A stretch of 63,766 nt of DNA, filler included, from Octopus bimaculoides (Eukaryota), in the NCBI RefSeq assembly GCF_001194135.2. It is 5 parts of 5 records of this genome, joined end to end, with 100 filler letters (N's around TTAATTAATTAA, not from the genome) between each part and the next. Parts side by side here need not be neighbours in the genome. Positions count along the whole stretch, not along the records: positions 10,688 to 27,425 come from NC_068988.1; positions 27,526 to 48,050 come from NC_068982.1; 3 more parts are not named here. One strand, given 5' to 3'. Positions within the stretch are counted from its first letter, which is position 1. Each line of letters opens with the position of its first letter. Below the pieces are notes generated by a model that did no database searches, was not told the origin of the DNA, and worked only from the letters and a program-made list of their open reading frames with translations. Positions 26,361 through 39,409 of the stretch are shown piece after piece. Position numbers and translations under genes: made by a program.

Positions 26361-27196
26361 CCCACATACACACACACATACACAAACACACACACACATA
26401 CAAACAGCTTCCTGTTCGTCATAAGTCCTTTTATTCATATAGTTTCTTTCCTTGAACTTTTGTACTCTGGAACTCACTACCATCGTCTTACTTTCCTCTG
26501 GACTATGATATCCTTTAAGCTTTCTCTCAATTGACATATTTTGAATGTATAGATCCCTTATTTTCCTTCTATATTGTCCCTTACACCAAAGTGACTACAA
26601 GCCTTGTTCGGGACAAAATCGCATAAAACAAAGATATATATTATTACTTTTACAACACTATTCAATTTAACGCTATGCTTCCATTTCCTAGGAACTTTTA
26701 TTCATTGCAATACCACATTTCACTTCAAGAGCCAGCGCCATCACACGGGAAGTTTTTATAAAAATGAAAAAAGGCGCTTCTTGGTGCGAGGTACCAACCA
26801 CAGAAGTCATCGTTGATTTACATAAGGTAATGGTTACCATAAATTTATGCATATGTGTGTGTGTGTGTGTGTGTGTGTGTATACATTGAACTTTCCAGAA
26901 CCCACTGCAAACAGACACTTACTACATACATACATATATATACATACATGCATACATACGTACGTCCATGCCTGCATAATGCATGCATTTGCATGCACAC
27001 ACACACACACATGCAACCCCCCCACACACACACACACACAAACACACAAAACACAAATTTATGATTGTGAAAGAGGTAATATTACACATCTCATTTCAAT
27101 GTTCAGTTTTAAGGTGTAATAATATATGTATTATACACACACGCATATAATTATATATACATAATATTACACCTAAAACCGCACATTACACATATA

Positions 27197-27237
<41 letters not shown>

Positions 27238-27386
27238 TATAACTTATATATGTATGTATGTATGTATGTACGTAAATTGGATATTTCTCAAGGTGTCCAC
27301 TTCTATTTCGACATAAACTAGCACAGAATTACTTTTACTGTTCTTTTCTTCTCAGCGGTTATTCATTCTGAAGAACAAAAACAGGC

Positions 27387-27425
<39 letters not shown>

Positions 27426-27655
27426 NNNNNNNNNNNNNNNNNNNNNNNNNNNNNNNNNNNNNNNNNNNNTTAATTAATTAANNNNNNNNNNNNNNNNNNN
27501 NNNNNNNNNNNNNNNNNNNNNNNNNGCACACATTCTACGCAAAACACTTTCAATACAGTAAACATAAGAGCACCACAGCAAACCACAGCACATACCCAAG
27601 GCGCACAGAGCTGCGCTCGGTAGTGAAGTGAAAGCACGTTATAAAAATAAAACTA

Positions 27656-27656
<1 letters not shown>

Positions 27657-27732
<76 letters not shown>
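27657..27732. repeat. (TAA)n microsatellite
   Basis: Direct reading. Confidence 0.95.
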
Positions 27733-27734
<2 letters not shown>

Positions 27735-27889
27735 TGCAGGAGTCAAAATAATCACATTCTGACACAGTTCCTTCTCTGTTGTGCTTTATACCATCTATAT
27801 CATCACCATCATCACCATCATCATCCTCGTCGTCGTCGTCGTCGTCGTCGTCGTACCAATCTTGCCTGCTATAATGCGTGGCCGATCAA

Positions 27890-28085
27890 TACTTTATGAG
27901 TGAATTTCGTAGTCAGAAACTGTGTAGAAGCCCGTCGTGTAATATGCATTATACATGCATATTCATATGTGCATATGTCTGCCTGCTGTCTGCCCACATC
28001 ACTTGACAGTCGAAGTTAGTTTGTTTACATCCCCATAACCTAGACGTTCGGCAAAGCAGACCGATAGAATAAGTACCAGCCATAA
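27890..28085 (+). mobile_element. Diverged C+B composite SINE fragment
   Basis: GAAACTG...AGAAGCCCGTCGT, then a microsatellite, then GTTCGGCAAAGCAGACCGATAGAATAAGTACCAG. Confidence 0.6.
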
Positions 28086-28693
28086 AAAGAAAACATAAGT
28101 AATGGAGTCGATGCTTTGGAAATCTGTATAATCTCCAGCATCATAAGCGTTTAGTCTAGATTTTCGACCATTTTTTTTTCTCCATCCAAGGGTTTTTCAA
28201 TCCAATATATAGCCTACTATTTTTTATAAATGTATCCCAAATGTGTGTATGTGGGTGCGTGCGTGCGTGTATGTGCATGTTTGTGCGTGCATACGTGTGT
28301 GTGCGTGCGTCTCTATGTTTGTCTCACTGTCTTCTCTAATACATTTGAAGTCCATCTTTTCTCAGAACGTGTAGCTTGGAATAATGATTAGTAAAACCTT
28401 CAACTTTTAACAAATCATTAGCGTAGCCGTTGGCGGAGTCGTGTGGCGGTACGATCCAAGCAATGCTTCTGCGGAGGCAACACTTTTGGGCCTGTTGTAT
28501 AAACCTTTATAGGCTTTGTGCCCGAGGAGGGGACAGCAAACACTCTAACTACACCACCATAACGAATATAATAAAACTCTTCATCTCATATTTATTTTAC
28601 CTTTTTTCTCGCCTTATTTTTTGTGACCATATCAAAGATACATGCATGTGGGTGGATGGGTGGGTGTTGTGCATATGTGTGTGAATGACTGAA

Positions 28694-28870
28694 TTGATGA
28701 AACAGTTCTATATTTAAGAAATGAGGAGTTATGTACATTATTTACATTATTTACATTTGACGGATATTTGTCCTCATCTTGTTTGTTATTAATACAACGT
28801 TTCGGCTGTTATACCCTCCAGCTTTCATCAGGTGTCTTGGGGAAATTTAGAACCTGGGTTCTCATTCCTA
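28694..28870 (-). mobile_element. Solo terminal-repeat fragment of the Penelope-like family at 39-40 kb
   Basis: Reverse complement of 40165-40324 (CCTTAGGAATGAGAAC...GATGAGGACAAATATCCGTCAAATGTAAATAATGT). Confidence 0.9.
28791..28836 (-). ncRNA. Minimal type I hammerhead motif (PLE type)
   Basis: GACAC-CTGATGA-A-AGCTG-GAGGGTATAA-CAGCC-GAAAC-GTT-GTATT. The core is intact, with one mismatch each in stems I and II. Confidence 0.65.
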
Positions 28871-29125
28871 AGGTATTGATGAATATATGAATGAATATAT
28901 GAATGAGTGAATTAATAATGCATGAATGATGGAATTTATGAATAAGCGACCGAATGAATATGTAATTGAACTGATATATGAATGAGTCAATGAATACATG
29001 AATGAACATACGAATGAATGAATATACGAATGAATGAACATATGAATAAATGAATGTATGAATGAATGACTATATAAATGAATGAATGAATACTATATGA
29101 ATTAATATATTCATTAATTCATTAA
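28870..29125. repeat. Degenerate (GAAT)n tract
   Basis: Direct reading. Confidence 0.85.
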
Positions 29126-29648
29126 TCGGGAAACTCAAACACGACCCATTCTTTTTGTCTTCATGCTCTCATCAGGATGAATAGGGTCTGTAATGGACCA
29201 CCCGATCCGATTCACTGTCGGGGGTTGACTCTCTTAGCTTTCCCCTCTACACAGGCGCTCATGGGCAAACAGAGCTTATACTAGAAGTTGTCCTATTTTG
29301 GATGTTGCTCACAGACAAACTGATCGGTTAATTCACCACTGTAACTATGAACACAGAAGTGCCTTCTCTGAGATAAAATCTTTAGTAAAAGCTAAGGGGT
29401 GCTTCATTCCTAAGTTGCCCTTAAAAGCATGCTAAACCAGAATTAAAAAGTTCCCGTACTATCTAGTACAGTGGGAAACTTAAATTCCTCCGTTTTTTAA
29501 CAGGCACTGTTTTTGACAGACATCGTCTTGGCTTCTAGAAACCCTTCTACCAAGAAATTTTGACTAGGGAACCGATTTAGCAGCTGAGGACTCGACCATG
29601 CAAAAGATTATTTTGGGCAACATATTGCCATTAGCAGATGCAGTCATT

Positions 29649-29681
<33 letters not shown>

Positions 29682-30011
29682 NNNNNNNNNNNNNNNNNNN
29701 NNNNNNNNNNNNNNNNNNNNNNNNNNNNNNNNNNNNNNNNNNNNNNNNNNNNNNNNNNNNNNNNNNNNNNNNNNNNNNNNNNNNNNNNNNNNNNNNNNNN
29801 NNNNNNNNNNNNNNNNNNNNNNNNNNNNNNNNNNNNNNNNNNNNNNNNNNNNNNNNNNNNNNNNNNNNNNNNNNNNNNNNNNNNNNNNNNNNNNNNNNNN
29901 NNNNNNNNNNNNNNNNNNNNNNNNNNNNNNNNNNNNNTGTGTGTGTGTGTGTGTGTATGTGTGTGCTTTAAATAATCCTTTCTACGATAGGTATGCGGCC
30001 AGAAATATTAT

Positions 30012-30191
30012 GGGAAGGGGATAGTCGATTTCATCGACCCCAGCACGTAACTAGTACTTATTTTATCGACCCCGAAAGGATAAAAAGGCAAAGTCGACCT
30101 CGGCGGAATTTGAACTCAGAACGTAAAGACGAACGAAATGCCCCTAAGCAATTTTTTCGGCGTGCTACCGATACTGGCATCCCGCAGCCTT
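30012..30191 (-). mobile_element. SINE family A
   Basis: CATCGACCCCAG...AAGGCAAAGTCGACCTCGGCGGAATTTGAACTCAGAACG. Confidence 0.85.
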
Positions 30192-30294
30192 AATAGCGTG
30201 AAAATATGTATGTAAATTTTGTAAATCCCCCCAAAAAATCTCGCTACTCATCTATCTATATATCTGCATTTCTAGAAATTTATATATCATATAC

Positions 30295-30305
30295 ATATAG
30301 ATAGA

Positions 30306-30379
<74 letters not shown>

Positions 30380-30545
30380 CATACATACATACATACATTT
30401 ATGTAAATATTAACACATACATGCATACATACATACATACATCCATCCATCCATACATACATACATACATACATGCATACATACATACATGCATACATAC
30501 ATACATACATACATGCATACATAAATGACGAGAGAGAGAGAGAGA
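30295..30545. repeat. Compound (GATA)/(GACA)/(CATA) array
   Basis: Direct reading. Confidence 0.9.
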
Positions 30546-31280
30546 GTGAGTGTTTAGTTGGATTGCAGGTGTGCGCAATTGCTCCAAAGTGGAAAACGAG
30601 TTAACATTTTCAAAGACTTTGTTTTGTAAACATATTAATTGAAAAATAATTGCATATAAATAAAATAATAGCAGAATGATAGAAATAACTGTTTTATAAC
30701 AGACATTCAAAGGTTTCGTTTGTTTTGTTTTGCTTTGTTTTTTCTCAAAGCGGCAGCTATTATAGTTTAACAAAATTCAATTAAATCATTTTCGTTTTGA
30801 TTAATCAAAATTTTGTTGGTAATTCTTTTGAAATTATTCTATAGAATTAATGATGTAACTCACTATTTGTTTCTTTCTTACATTTATTTTATCATGAAGA
30901 CATTCATTACAAATTCATTACCAGTGTGATATTTCTCATTTAAAGATTTAAAGAACCCATCGACCACTACTACCGACCATCACCCCCAAACGTGAGCTTC
31001 TAACATTTTTGAAGTTAGAGGTTATTCTTTGGGAATAAAATCAAATCTGGCTAAACGACTAGGGCTGTAAGATCTAAATCGGTTTACTTCATTCAACAAG
31101 GAAACACACGATTTAATGAAATATATTTTGATAAAGAAGATTTGAGCCAATAATCTGCATATTTATTCTTAATAATTTCGGCAGATTCGAACGCAGATAT
31201 GCTAATCGCTGTTGTGTACATCATAGAATAACTTCCTTTTACAACAGTGTGTTCATAACACGCTTAGTTCATTGGTGCAA

Positions 31281-31338
31281 GGAGATTCGGGACATCGGTG
31301 TTTCGGCATGTTGTGTCTCGTCAGCCAGAAGCAACCCC
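31281..31338 (-). ncRNA. Candidate canonical type I hammerhead ribozyme
   Basis: Minus strand: GGGG-TTGC-TTCTGG-CTGACGA-GACA-CAACA-TGCC-GAA-ACA-CCGA-TGT-C-CCGAA-T-CTCC. All core nucleotides are present and all three stems can form (one A-C mismatch in stem II). Confidence 0.7.
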
Positions 31339-31936
31339 GGATCTTTGAGCCTAAACAAGCTAATGGCTTAGTTTATAATTTCAGTGCTTACGGAGCATGC
31401 ATGGACACTCGTTTTCTTATTTACAAATCTACAAATACACATAGATAAACATACACATGTAGATATTCACACAAATGGTCATACACGTTCACATTTACAT
31501 TCGTATTCTTGTAATGGTTACTAGTTATCATCGATTCTTAGTCGTATTTTATTATGCAGAGATTTTTTTTTTTTTGCCTTGTGTTTATATAGTTGCTACT
31601 TCTGTCAATTTTTTAAAGATTTTAGTTGTAATATTACAGATATTAGCAAATGTAAATCTATACAGATAGCATTTTTTTTTTTTTTAGAATGGAATTGTAT
31701 TTAAAAGAAAAGAAAGAGAAAAATTTAGAAAAATGAATTCCGCTTAGCTTATATAAAATATGAAATAGAGTTGACAAAACAATTTTGTTGCTAGTATTAA
31801 TGTATTTTTTAAAATATTACATTGGCGCAATTAAACCACTTAACGAAAAATTCGATATGTTTGAGGTGGTGATTGAAGCTTTTTGGGATCTACACGAACG
31901 TTTGGACTCAAGATGAATAATGGACACTATATATTA

Positions 31937-31976
<40 letters not shown>

Positions 31977-33564
31977 ACCTGTACTTCAGGTGTGATGTGC
32001 TTCAAGCAGTATTTCTTTGACAGCAATGCCTGCAGACTAACGGCTTAACTCAGGACAAGGTGGTGGCAAAAGTAGACTTTGAAGACGCTTATAGACGTTT
32101 CCTGCATGTGTGGTGCAGTTATCCAATGGAGAATATAATTGAACAAGCACATTTTTTTTTCATTCAATTAGAAGAATATAGAACTGCGATACAGAAGTAG
32201 ATGAGCAAAGCATTAGACGAGGAATATTGGAAGACGAAAATACGAATGTATTGATCGTTTTTATTCTGAACTTAAACTTCAGTCAGATTAAGTGATATTA
32301 AGGAGGTAGCGGCCATGTTTTTAAGGTTGTTCAAATGAAGAATGCCATATTTATCACTGAAGGAGTAAGGGTGTCCAATGCAAAGGCGACCACCTTCTAT
32401 GAGGAGCTATATAAGAGTAATATTTTTTTATAGAAATACCAAGGTCATAAATTTCACATGAAAGTGGTAGCGATCGATATTGGAGAGGAATATTGGAGAG
32501 GGCAAACATTGAGCAAGATTTAGGTGTTTTGACATTCATAGCTGAATGAAACTCTGTAGGATCGCTCCTAACTTATTTACTAAGCTCTAAATTATTTCTA
32601 ACGATGTGTCTCTATGACATCAAGAGAAGAGCTATTCAAAGCTGAGACTTATAAAGAACTCTTAGCCATTTACTATGTAACACTAAACGTTTTCCGATCT
32701 TGTGATATTTTCAATTGAAAGAGTGTTAATGAAAGGCATTTATTTCAGTGATACGATTTTATAAGCTCCCAAGTTTTGAAGGCCAGGAAAGGAAAATCCT
32801 GAATGAATTAGTCGATATGTTTACAAGTTTAGTAAGTGATGAATAGCTTGTGAATTCGTTCTTGTGTATTTTTACGATATTATTCATTCATGAGTAGATT
32901 TCCATATGCATTTGTCTACAGGTTCCAAATTGTTCGAGCCGTTATTGATTATGCAAACCTCCTCCATTAATGCATCTCATGTAACAATAAAGTTTAATGT
33001 TTGTTTTCACATTTATCACGCAAAGTGTATCACCGAAAAGGAAAGCAAAAAAAAACTCCTTCCTTTGCTCAAAGTATTGTAGGATGTCCGAACAAAAAGA
33101 AAAGTACAGTATAGAATCTGATGCCGACTATCTTGTTTTTTCGGGGGGTTTTTTTAATATTTGATTTCGGTTCATTATTTTTTATTTCATATAATTTGTT
33201 TTAATGGCATAAATTTATATCTATTCGATAAAAGATCGATCATATGTAGATTATTTTTAATATCTTGTGGATTTATGAATTAAGATATGTGTGTGTGTGT
33301 GTGTGTGTATCTTAATTCACATATATACACATAAATATATAGTCATGCTTTGTGTGTGTGTGTGTGTATCAATGCATATGTGTATGTAATGCCAGTGTGG
33401 CTTAGTAAATAAAGCCAGCCGTCATTCGTAAGTGACTATGGCTAGATAGCATGTACCATACCTTCGCTAATTGTTTCAGGTGTCTGTGTAGTTGCGAGCA
33501 GATGTAGATAACCTTTCCTTCATCCCCACCCACTCATAACTCATTGGAGCATTCAGAATGTGTA

Positions 33565-33618
<54 letters not shown>

Positions 33619-33666
33619 NNNNNNNNNNNNNNNNNNNNNNNNNNNNNNNNNNNNNNNNNNNNNNNN

Positions 33667-33715
<49 letters not shown>

Positions 33716-34278
33716 ACACCACCAGCACCCGGTTTCAACTCATTACAGTAGTATTGTTACTCCATACAATGGTATGGAGTAACGTAATGTTTCCTTCATT
33801 CAGCCAGGTACTTTACTTCACGCTTGCTTCAGTTCACTCAGCTGAAACTGAGTATCAGAAACAGCTGACAATTAACCCTGAGACGGACTGGCTTCTCGTT
33901 CGGCAGAGTGAGAGGGTCTTGAACCCTCAGTCGCCTTATAGCGTCGGAAAAAGCCAAATAGACTGGTTCTTATGTACCCGCAGACTCGAGACAGACTTTG
34001 TTGTGGGTCAGTGATCACACATCTTAACTTCATGGCTACCGCACCTCAAGAAACATTTAGCATACAGATATTGAAAATAAATTATAAACAAACAAACAAT
34101 ATAAAAGCAGGAAGAAAATATTTCTTAACATTTTACATGATTGGAAGAAAGAATTTTAAAGTTATTGACCTAAAAAAATCCACTTAGAAATTGAAATTTA
34201 GTTCCTTTTGTCTTATTATCATTATTACTTCCTTAGTGGTGAATAAAGAAAACAACGTTGTTGTTGTTGTTCTTCTTC

Positions 34279-34310
<32 letters not shown>

Positions 34311-35413
34311 ATTATTATTATTATTATTATTGTTGTTGTTATTATTTATTTATTTATTTATTTGTTTTCGTCTGGAAAAATATTTCAACAAGTTGGATAG
34401 AAGCAAACAAACGCGGTTATTTGGTCTAAAGATATAGTCAAGGAGAAATATAAGAAAATAACAAACACTAATATGAATATGTGATGTCTGCCCACTCCTT
34501 ATTATTGGTGCCTCTCAACTGATAATANNNNNNNNNNNNNNNNNNNNNNNNNNNNNNNNNNNNNNNNNNNNNNNNNNNNNNNNNNNNNNNNNNNNNNNNN
34601 NNNNNNNNNNNNNNNNNNNNNNNNNNNNNNNNNNNNNNNNNNNNNNNNNNNNNNNNNNNNNNNNNNNNNNNNNNNNNNNNNNNNNNNNNNNNNNNNNNNN
34701 NNNNNNNNNNNNNNNNNNNNNNNNNNNNNNNNNNNNNNNNNNNNNNNNNNNNNNNNNNNNNNNNNNNNNNNNNNNNNNNNNNNNNNNNNNNNNNNNNNNN
34801 NNNNNNNNNNNNNNNNNNNNNNNNNNNNNNNNNNNNNNNNNNNNNNNNNNNNNNNNNNNNNNNNNNNNNNNNNNNNNNNNNNNNNNNNNNNNNNNNNNNN
34901 NNNNNNNNNNNNNNNNNNNNNNNNNNNNNNNNNNNNNNNNNNNNNNNNNNNNNNNNNNNNNNNNNNNNNNNNNNNNNNNNNNNNNNNNNNNNNNNNNNNN
35001 NNNNNNNNNNNNNNNNNNNNNNNNNNNNNNNNNNNNNNNNNNNNNNNNNNNNNNNNNNNNNNNNNNNNNNNNNNNNNNNNNNNNNNNNNNNNNNNNNNNN
35101 NNNNNNNNNNNNNNNNNNNNNNNNNNNNNNNNNNNNNNNNNNNNNNNNNNNNNNNNNNNNNNNNNNNNNNNNNNNNNNNNNNNNNNNNNNNNNNNNNNNN
35201 NNNNNNNNNNNNNNNNNNNNNNNNNNNNNNNNNNNNNNNNNNNNNNNNNNNNNNNNNNNNNNNNNNNNNNNNNNNNNNNNNNNNNNNNNNNNNNNNNNNN
35301 NNNNNNNNNNNNNNNNNNNNNNNNNNNNNNNNNNNNNNNNNNNNNNNNNNNNNNNNNNNNNNNNNNNNNNNNNNNNNNNNNNNNNATATATATATATATA
35401 TATATATATGCAT

Positions 35414-35468
<55 letters not shown>

Positions 35469-35487
35469 CATATATACACATATACAG

Positions 35488-35524
<37 letters not shown>

Positions 35525-35699
35525 GACGTGTAAGATGTGTATTGTTGAGCTAATATTCAAATATTTATAAGAATCTCGGAACTTAATATTTGACAAACTA
35601 CATACATATATGTGCATGTGTGAATGTACGTCTGAGAGTATATGTAGTGTTTTTGTTTGTACATGACTCATAAAAATAACTGTGAGTGGATATTCATAT

Positions 35700-35870
35700 A
35701 AAAGTGTTTCGAGTTGGCAGAATCGGTGTTCGAGTTCCGCCGAGATCGACTTTGCTTTACATCCTTTCACAGTCAATAAAATAAGGACCAGTTGTGTACC
35801 GAGGCTAATGCAATTGACTTACCCCATCCCCACTCCGCAAGTTTCAGACCTTGTGCCTATAGCTGAATGA
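35700..35870 (+). mobile_element. SINE family A with an internally deleted head
   Basis: GAGTTGGCAGAATCGG...TCCGCCGAGATCGACTTTGCTTTACATCC. Confidence 0.7.
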
Positions 35871-35889
35871 ATCATTATTATTATTATTA

Positions 35890-36100
35890 TGGATGGTGAG
35901 CTGGCAGAATCGTTAGCACGCCAGACAAAATTCTTAGCGACATTTCGTCTGTCTTTATGTTCTGAGTTCAAATTCCACCAATGTCGACTTTGCTTTTCAT
36001 CCTTTCGTGGTCGATAAAATAAGTACCAGTCGAGTCCTGGGGTTGATGTAATTAACTTGTCCCTCCCCACAAATTCCAGACCTTGTGGCTATAATAGAAT
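35890..36100 (+). mobile_element. SINE family A
   Basis: GAGCTGGCAGAATCGTTAGCACGCC...CTGAGTTCAAATTCC...AAGTACCAG. Confidence 0.85.
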
Positions 36101-37914
36101 GAGTGTTTGAAGTAGAATTGTAGAAGGATATATATGCTGCAAAGAAAAATTGGGGAACAACTTTACTGGACGGTCTTCGAGGGAGAGACATTGAACTAGA
36201 CGAATAGAGGAAATACTGGCGCATCTAGTAGAATTAGTTAGGAACAATATCAAAACAGTAAGTTCGGAAGGTGCTTTAGTAGCAGACAAATCAAAGAATA
36301 GAACATGAGAACGGGCAATGTTTGGAATAGATTGGGAAATTAAGAGGCGTCAGTCAGGTTTATAATGTTTTGATTGTTTTAAATGTAGTCTATGTTTGCA
36401 TGTGGAATGTTATGCCCTTGTGCATGATGGGACATAATATTCCAGTCCTCGTTGCAGTGTGGAGATTTGTGTGTCTCAATTACCCTGAGAACTATGCCAA
36501 CAGACTGCAAGGTTTCTGGTGAGACCTTTCAAACTGGACAGGTGAAAAGATAAAGATCAGAGTAATATGACCCACTTCTCCTCAGAGTAAAAAATAGGTT
36601 TACGTTGCGCCTCATACCTATGTAGAAACAAGTAATGCTACAAAAGCATTGTTGATCATTCAAAACCGACAAGATCTGGGAGACGAGGCAGAAAAGATCG
36701 TCCAGAGTCGAGAACAGTGGAGAAAAGTCGTATATAGTATAATGTTTCATAGTAAGTAAACAATACACAGTGAATTAACAAAGTTAATGTAATTGTTAAT
36801 GAAATACTCCGTGCAAAAATGAAAAGAGCTTGTGACGTTTATGTAGGGCCTCCGAAACAGGGCGGAAGAAACTAGAGACCGGGCTAAATGCTTTATACAG
36901 AGTGGACTCAGCTAAAGATGATCTGGTGGTAACTGTAGTTATAAAATGGATGCTGTATTTACACTTTAAGTGTTAACAGCTGTTCAAAACTGAATCATAT
37001 CTTATTCCAGGAACGGAAACCAAGCCTCTTTAATTCTCTTACATCTTTAAACTATGTACGTTGGCGAAAATTATTAGACTAAGATCTAATCAGTAATTGC
37101 TGTAACAGTGCCTCTTAAGGCATGAAGACACTAAGCAACTATCCGGGAGATCTACGGGTCTAGATCCATGTGTGTTGTGGTTTTGTATTCAGATGCATTG
37201 TTTTACCCGAGGAGCTGCAATGCTTTTAAAACGGCCCTGGACTGTAATACTTCAGAAATGAGAAGAATGTAGTATTTTCAGCTAGACATGTGTAGTAGAA
37301 GAATTTTTGGTGCTTTGAACAAGAAGATTAGGTTATCAAATCCCTATTGCAGTATGTTTTCAATTTTCTGTTCATGACGTATGAGCTGTTGTATATTGAT
37401 AAGACATTTTTACTGGAAGATAAGAAGGTTCGGAAGTTTTGTCAGTATAGGAGTGTATTGTTGAAAATAATAACCTAAAGGCTCTTGATGTAAAGGAGGA
37501 ACTATGGGTAAAGATGTATAAATCCTTATGTACATATTCTGGGTGTGCGAGGTGAACGATGTACACGGCCAGAAATGATGGTTAATATTATTTTATACAT
37601 TAAACTCACCCAAAATACAATCATGTCAAAATACAATCATGTTTTCATGTAAAACTAAATTTTCTGTCTCCTGTTGTGAAATGTGGTAGTTATTCTCAGA
37701 TAACTACAATTTTCACAACTAATTGTATCACGATTTAGCCACGGACAGATGGCTAGATAAAGGGAAGATAATGAATATAAGGAGCGAAGGGTGAATGACA
37801 TTCCATCATCTTGTTTTCATTCCCATGGTGATGTGTTGCGTTTATAATAAATTCGCTGAGCATTCACTGATTGAAACTGATTTTCAGTATAATAATTCTG
37901 TTCAAGCAAGCCCG

Positions 37915-38100
37915 ACTCGACTTGGAGTTAGTAGTGCAGCAAAGATGAGATGAGGGCCGTAAATTCCATCACTGAAGCTGCAAAGAAGGCTATTACCTTA
38001 GGATAAAAAGCACACTGGTGGGTTACTGCTACTGGAATGCAAACCGGAACATGATCAACCCCAACGGGGTCAGCTGGATAAGGGAGTCTGATGTGTAAAC
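37915..38100 (+). mobile_element. Possible HERO-like non-LTR retrotransposon 3' remnant
   Basis: RAVNSITEAAKKA resembles the AIxxxxEAAExASxWLW C-terminus. The following TGATCAACCCC...GGGTC...CTGG...AGGG...GTCTGATG resembles HERO 3' UTRs as I recall them; not verified by search. Confidence 0.4.
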
Positions 38101-38544
38101 AAATACAGACAAATGTAAACAAATCTTTACATCTCTCTCCAACTTTGTTATATGTTTTAGAAAAAGTTGCTACCTTTTATTATTATTTTTTTTTTAGATG
38201 AATTTCTGTGGTGGGAAGGGTATCACAGAGCGTTAGAAAAATTTGTTTACATTTATTTACATTTTGCAGTGAAGCTTATAATTTTAAAATTATATGTACA
38301 CTTACATTAAATTTCAGATTACCCAACATAAATTGCGCTGTGCATAATTATGTCCAATACTGCTTGCATAATTAATTGATTAATTAAAGATGAATCAGTA
38401 GATTACACAGTTCAGTCAGAATATAAAACATCAAGCCATACAAATAAGGAGAGACCGACATTGAAGGTGAAGGTGATAGTTTATGGCGGAATATAAAACA
38501 TAAAACATATTAGAGCTATGACTAATCTTTTAATCTTTTATTTG

Positions 38545-38650
38545 TTTTTGTCGTTGGTCTGCGGCCGTGCTGGAGCATCGCCTTGAAGGGTTTAGTTGAA
38601 CGAATCGACCCCAGTTCCTTTTTCAAGTCTGGCACTTATCCTTCAGTCTC
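38545..38650 (-). mobile_element. SINE family B fragment
   Basis: CTGCGGCCGTGCTGGAGCATCGCCTTGAAGG...AATCGACCCCAG. Confidence 0.7.
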
Positions 38651-39200
38651 TTTAGTTACATTTGCGAGGTCGTAAACGTTTTGACTCCACCTAGTTGGAG
38701 CACCTATTTGGAGCCACCTGTTTGGCGTCGCTGATTCAGCGATGACTTATTTGACATCAGATGTTTGAATGTTTCAATTGTTTTAATACCTCTCTCTCTT
38801 TCTCTCTCTCTCTCACACACACACATACATTCTCTCAGTTTATGCGTATGAGCATTTATTTATGTTTGTATGTAGTATGGTGTTTCTCTCTCCCTCTCCT
38901 CCCCATCTCTCTCTCTCTTTATGATTGTGAGCATATAGTTACGTTTGTATATATGTATACTGTCTCTCGCTCTTTCTCTCTCACTCTCCTTCTCCCCTTC
39001 CCTCTCTCTGTTCATCTCTCTCCCTCTCTCTCTCTCTCCCTCTCTCTCTCTCCCTCTCTCTCTTTCTCTCTCCCTCTCTCTCTCTCTCCCTCTCTCTCTT
39101 TCTCCCTCTCTCTCTTTCTCTCTCCCTTCATAGTTGTGAGCATCTAGTTATTTACATTATTTACATTTGACGGATATTTGTCCTCATCTTGTTTATTGTT

Positions 39201-39247
39201 AGCACAACGTTTCGGCTGATATACCTTCCAGCCTTCATCGGGGGTCT
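39201..39247 (-). ncRNA. Degenerate minimal hammerhead in the left PLE arm
   Basis: CCGATGA (U4 changed to C), stem II GGCTG/CAGCC intact, GAAAC-GTT. Confidence 0.55.
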
Positions 39248-39409
39248 TGCGTAAATTTCGAACCTGAGTTCTCATTCCTAAGGTATTTTTCGATGTTGTT
39301 GTTTATTATTATTATTATTATTACTATTATTATTATCATTATTATTATTATTCAAGTCACTGCCTGAACTCGGAAGCTTAGGATTAGTAGCCCGCGCTCT
39401 TAACCACTA

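Noticed and set aside
29130-29640. Possible PLE RT-thumb/zinc-finger remnant (TRPCKR...)
   Set aside because: Similarity is only impressionistic.
32040-32560. L1-like RT traces (KVDFEDAY, GVRVS)
   Set aside because: Only two weak motifs with many stops. Possibly a very old LINE but not supportable.
1917-35776. Long ORF-track entries made of X, or of YI/CV/HT/RE/LS repeats
   Set aside because: Translations of N-runs and microsatellites, not genes.
36100-37600. Minus-strand LINE ORF2-like traces (DLSATKAP...)
   Set aside because: Motifs are inconsistent in order and too decayed to call.
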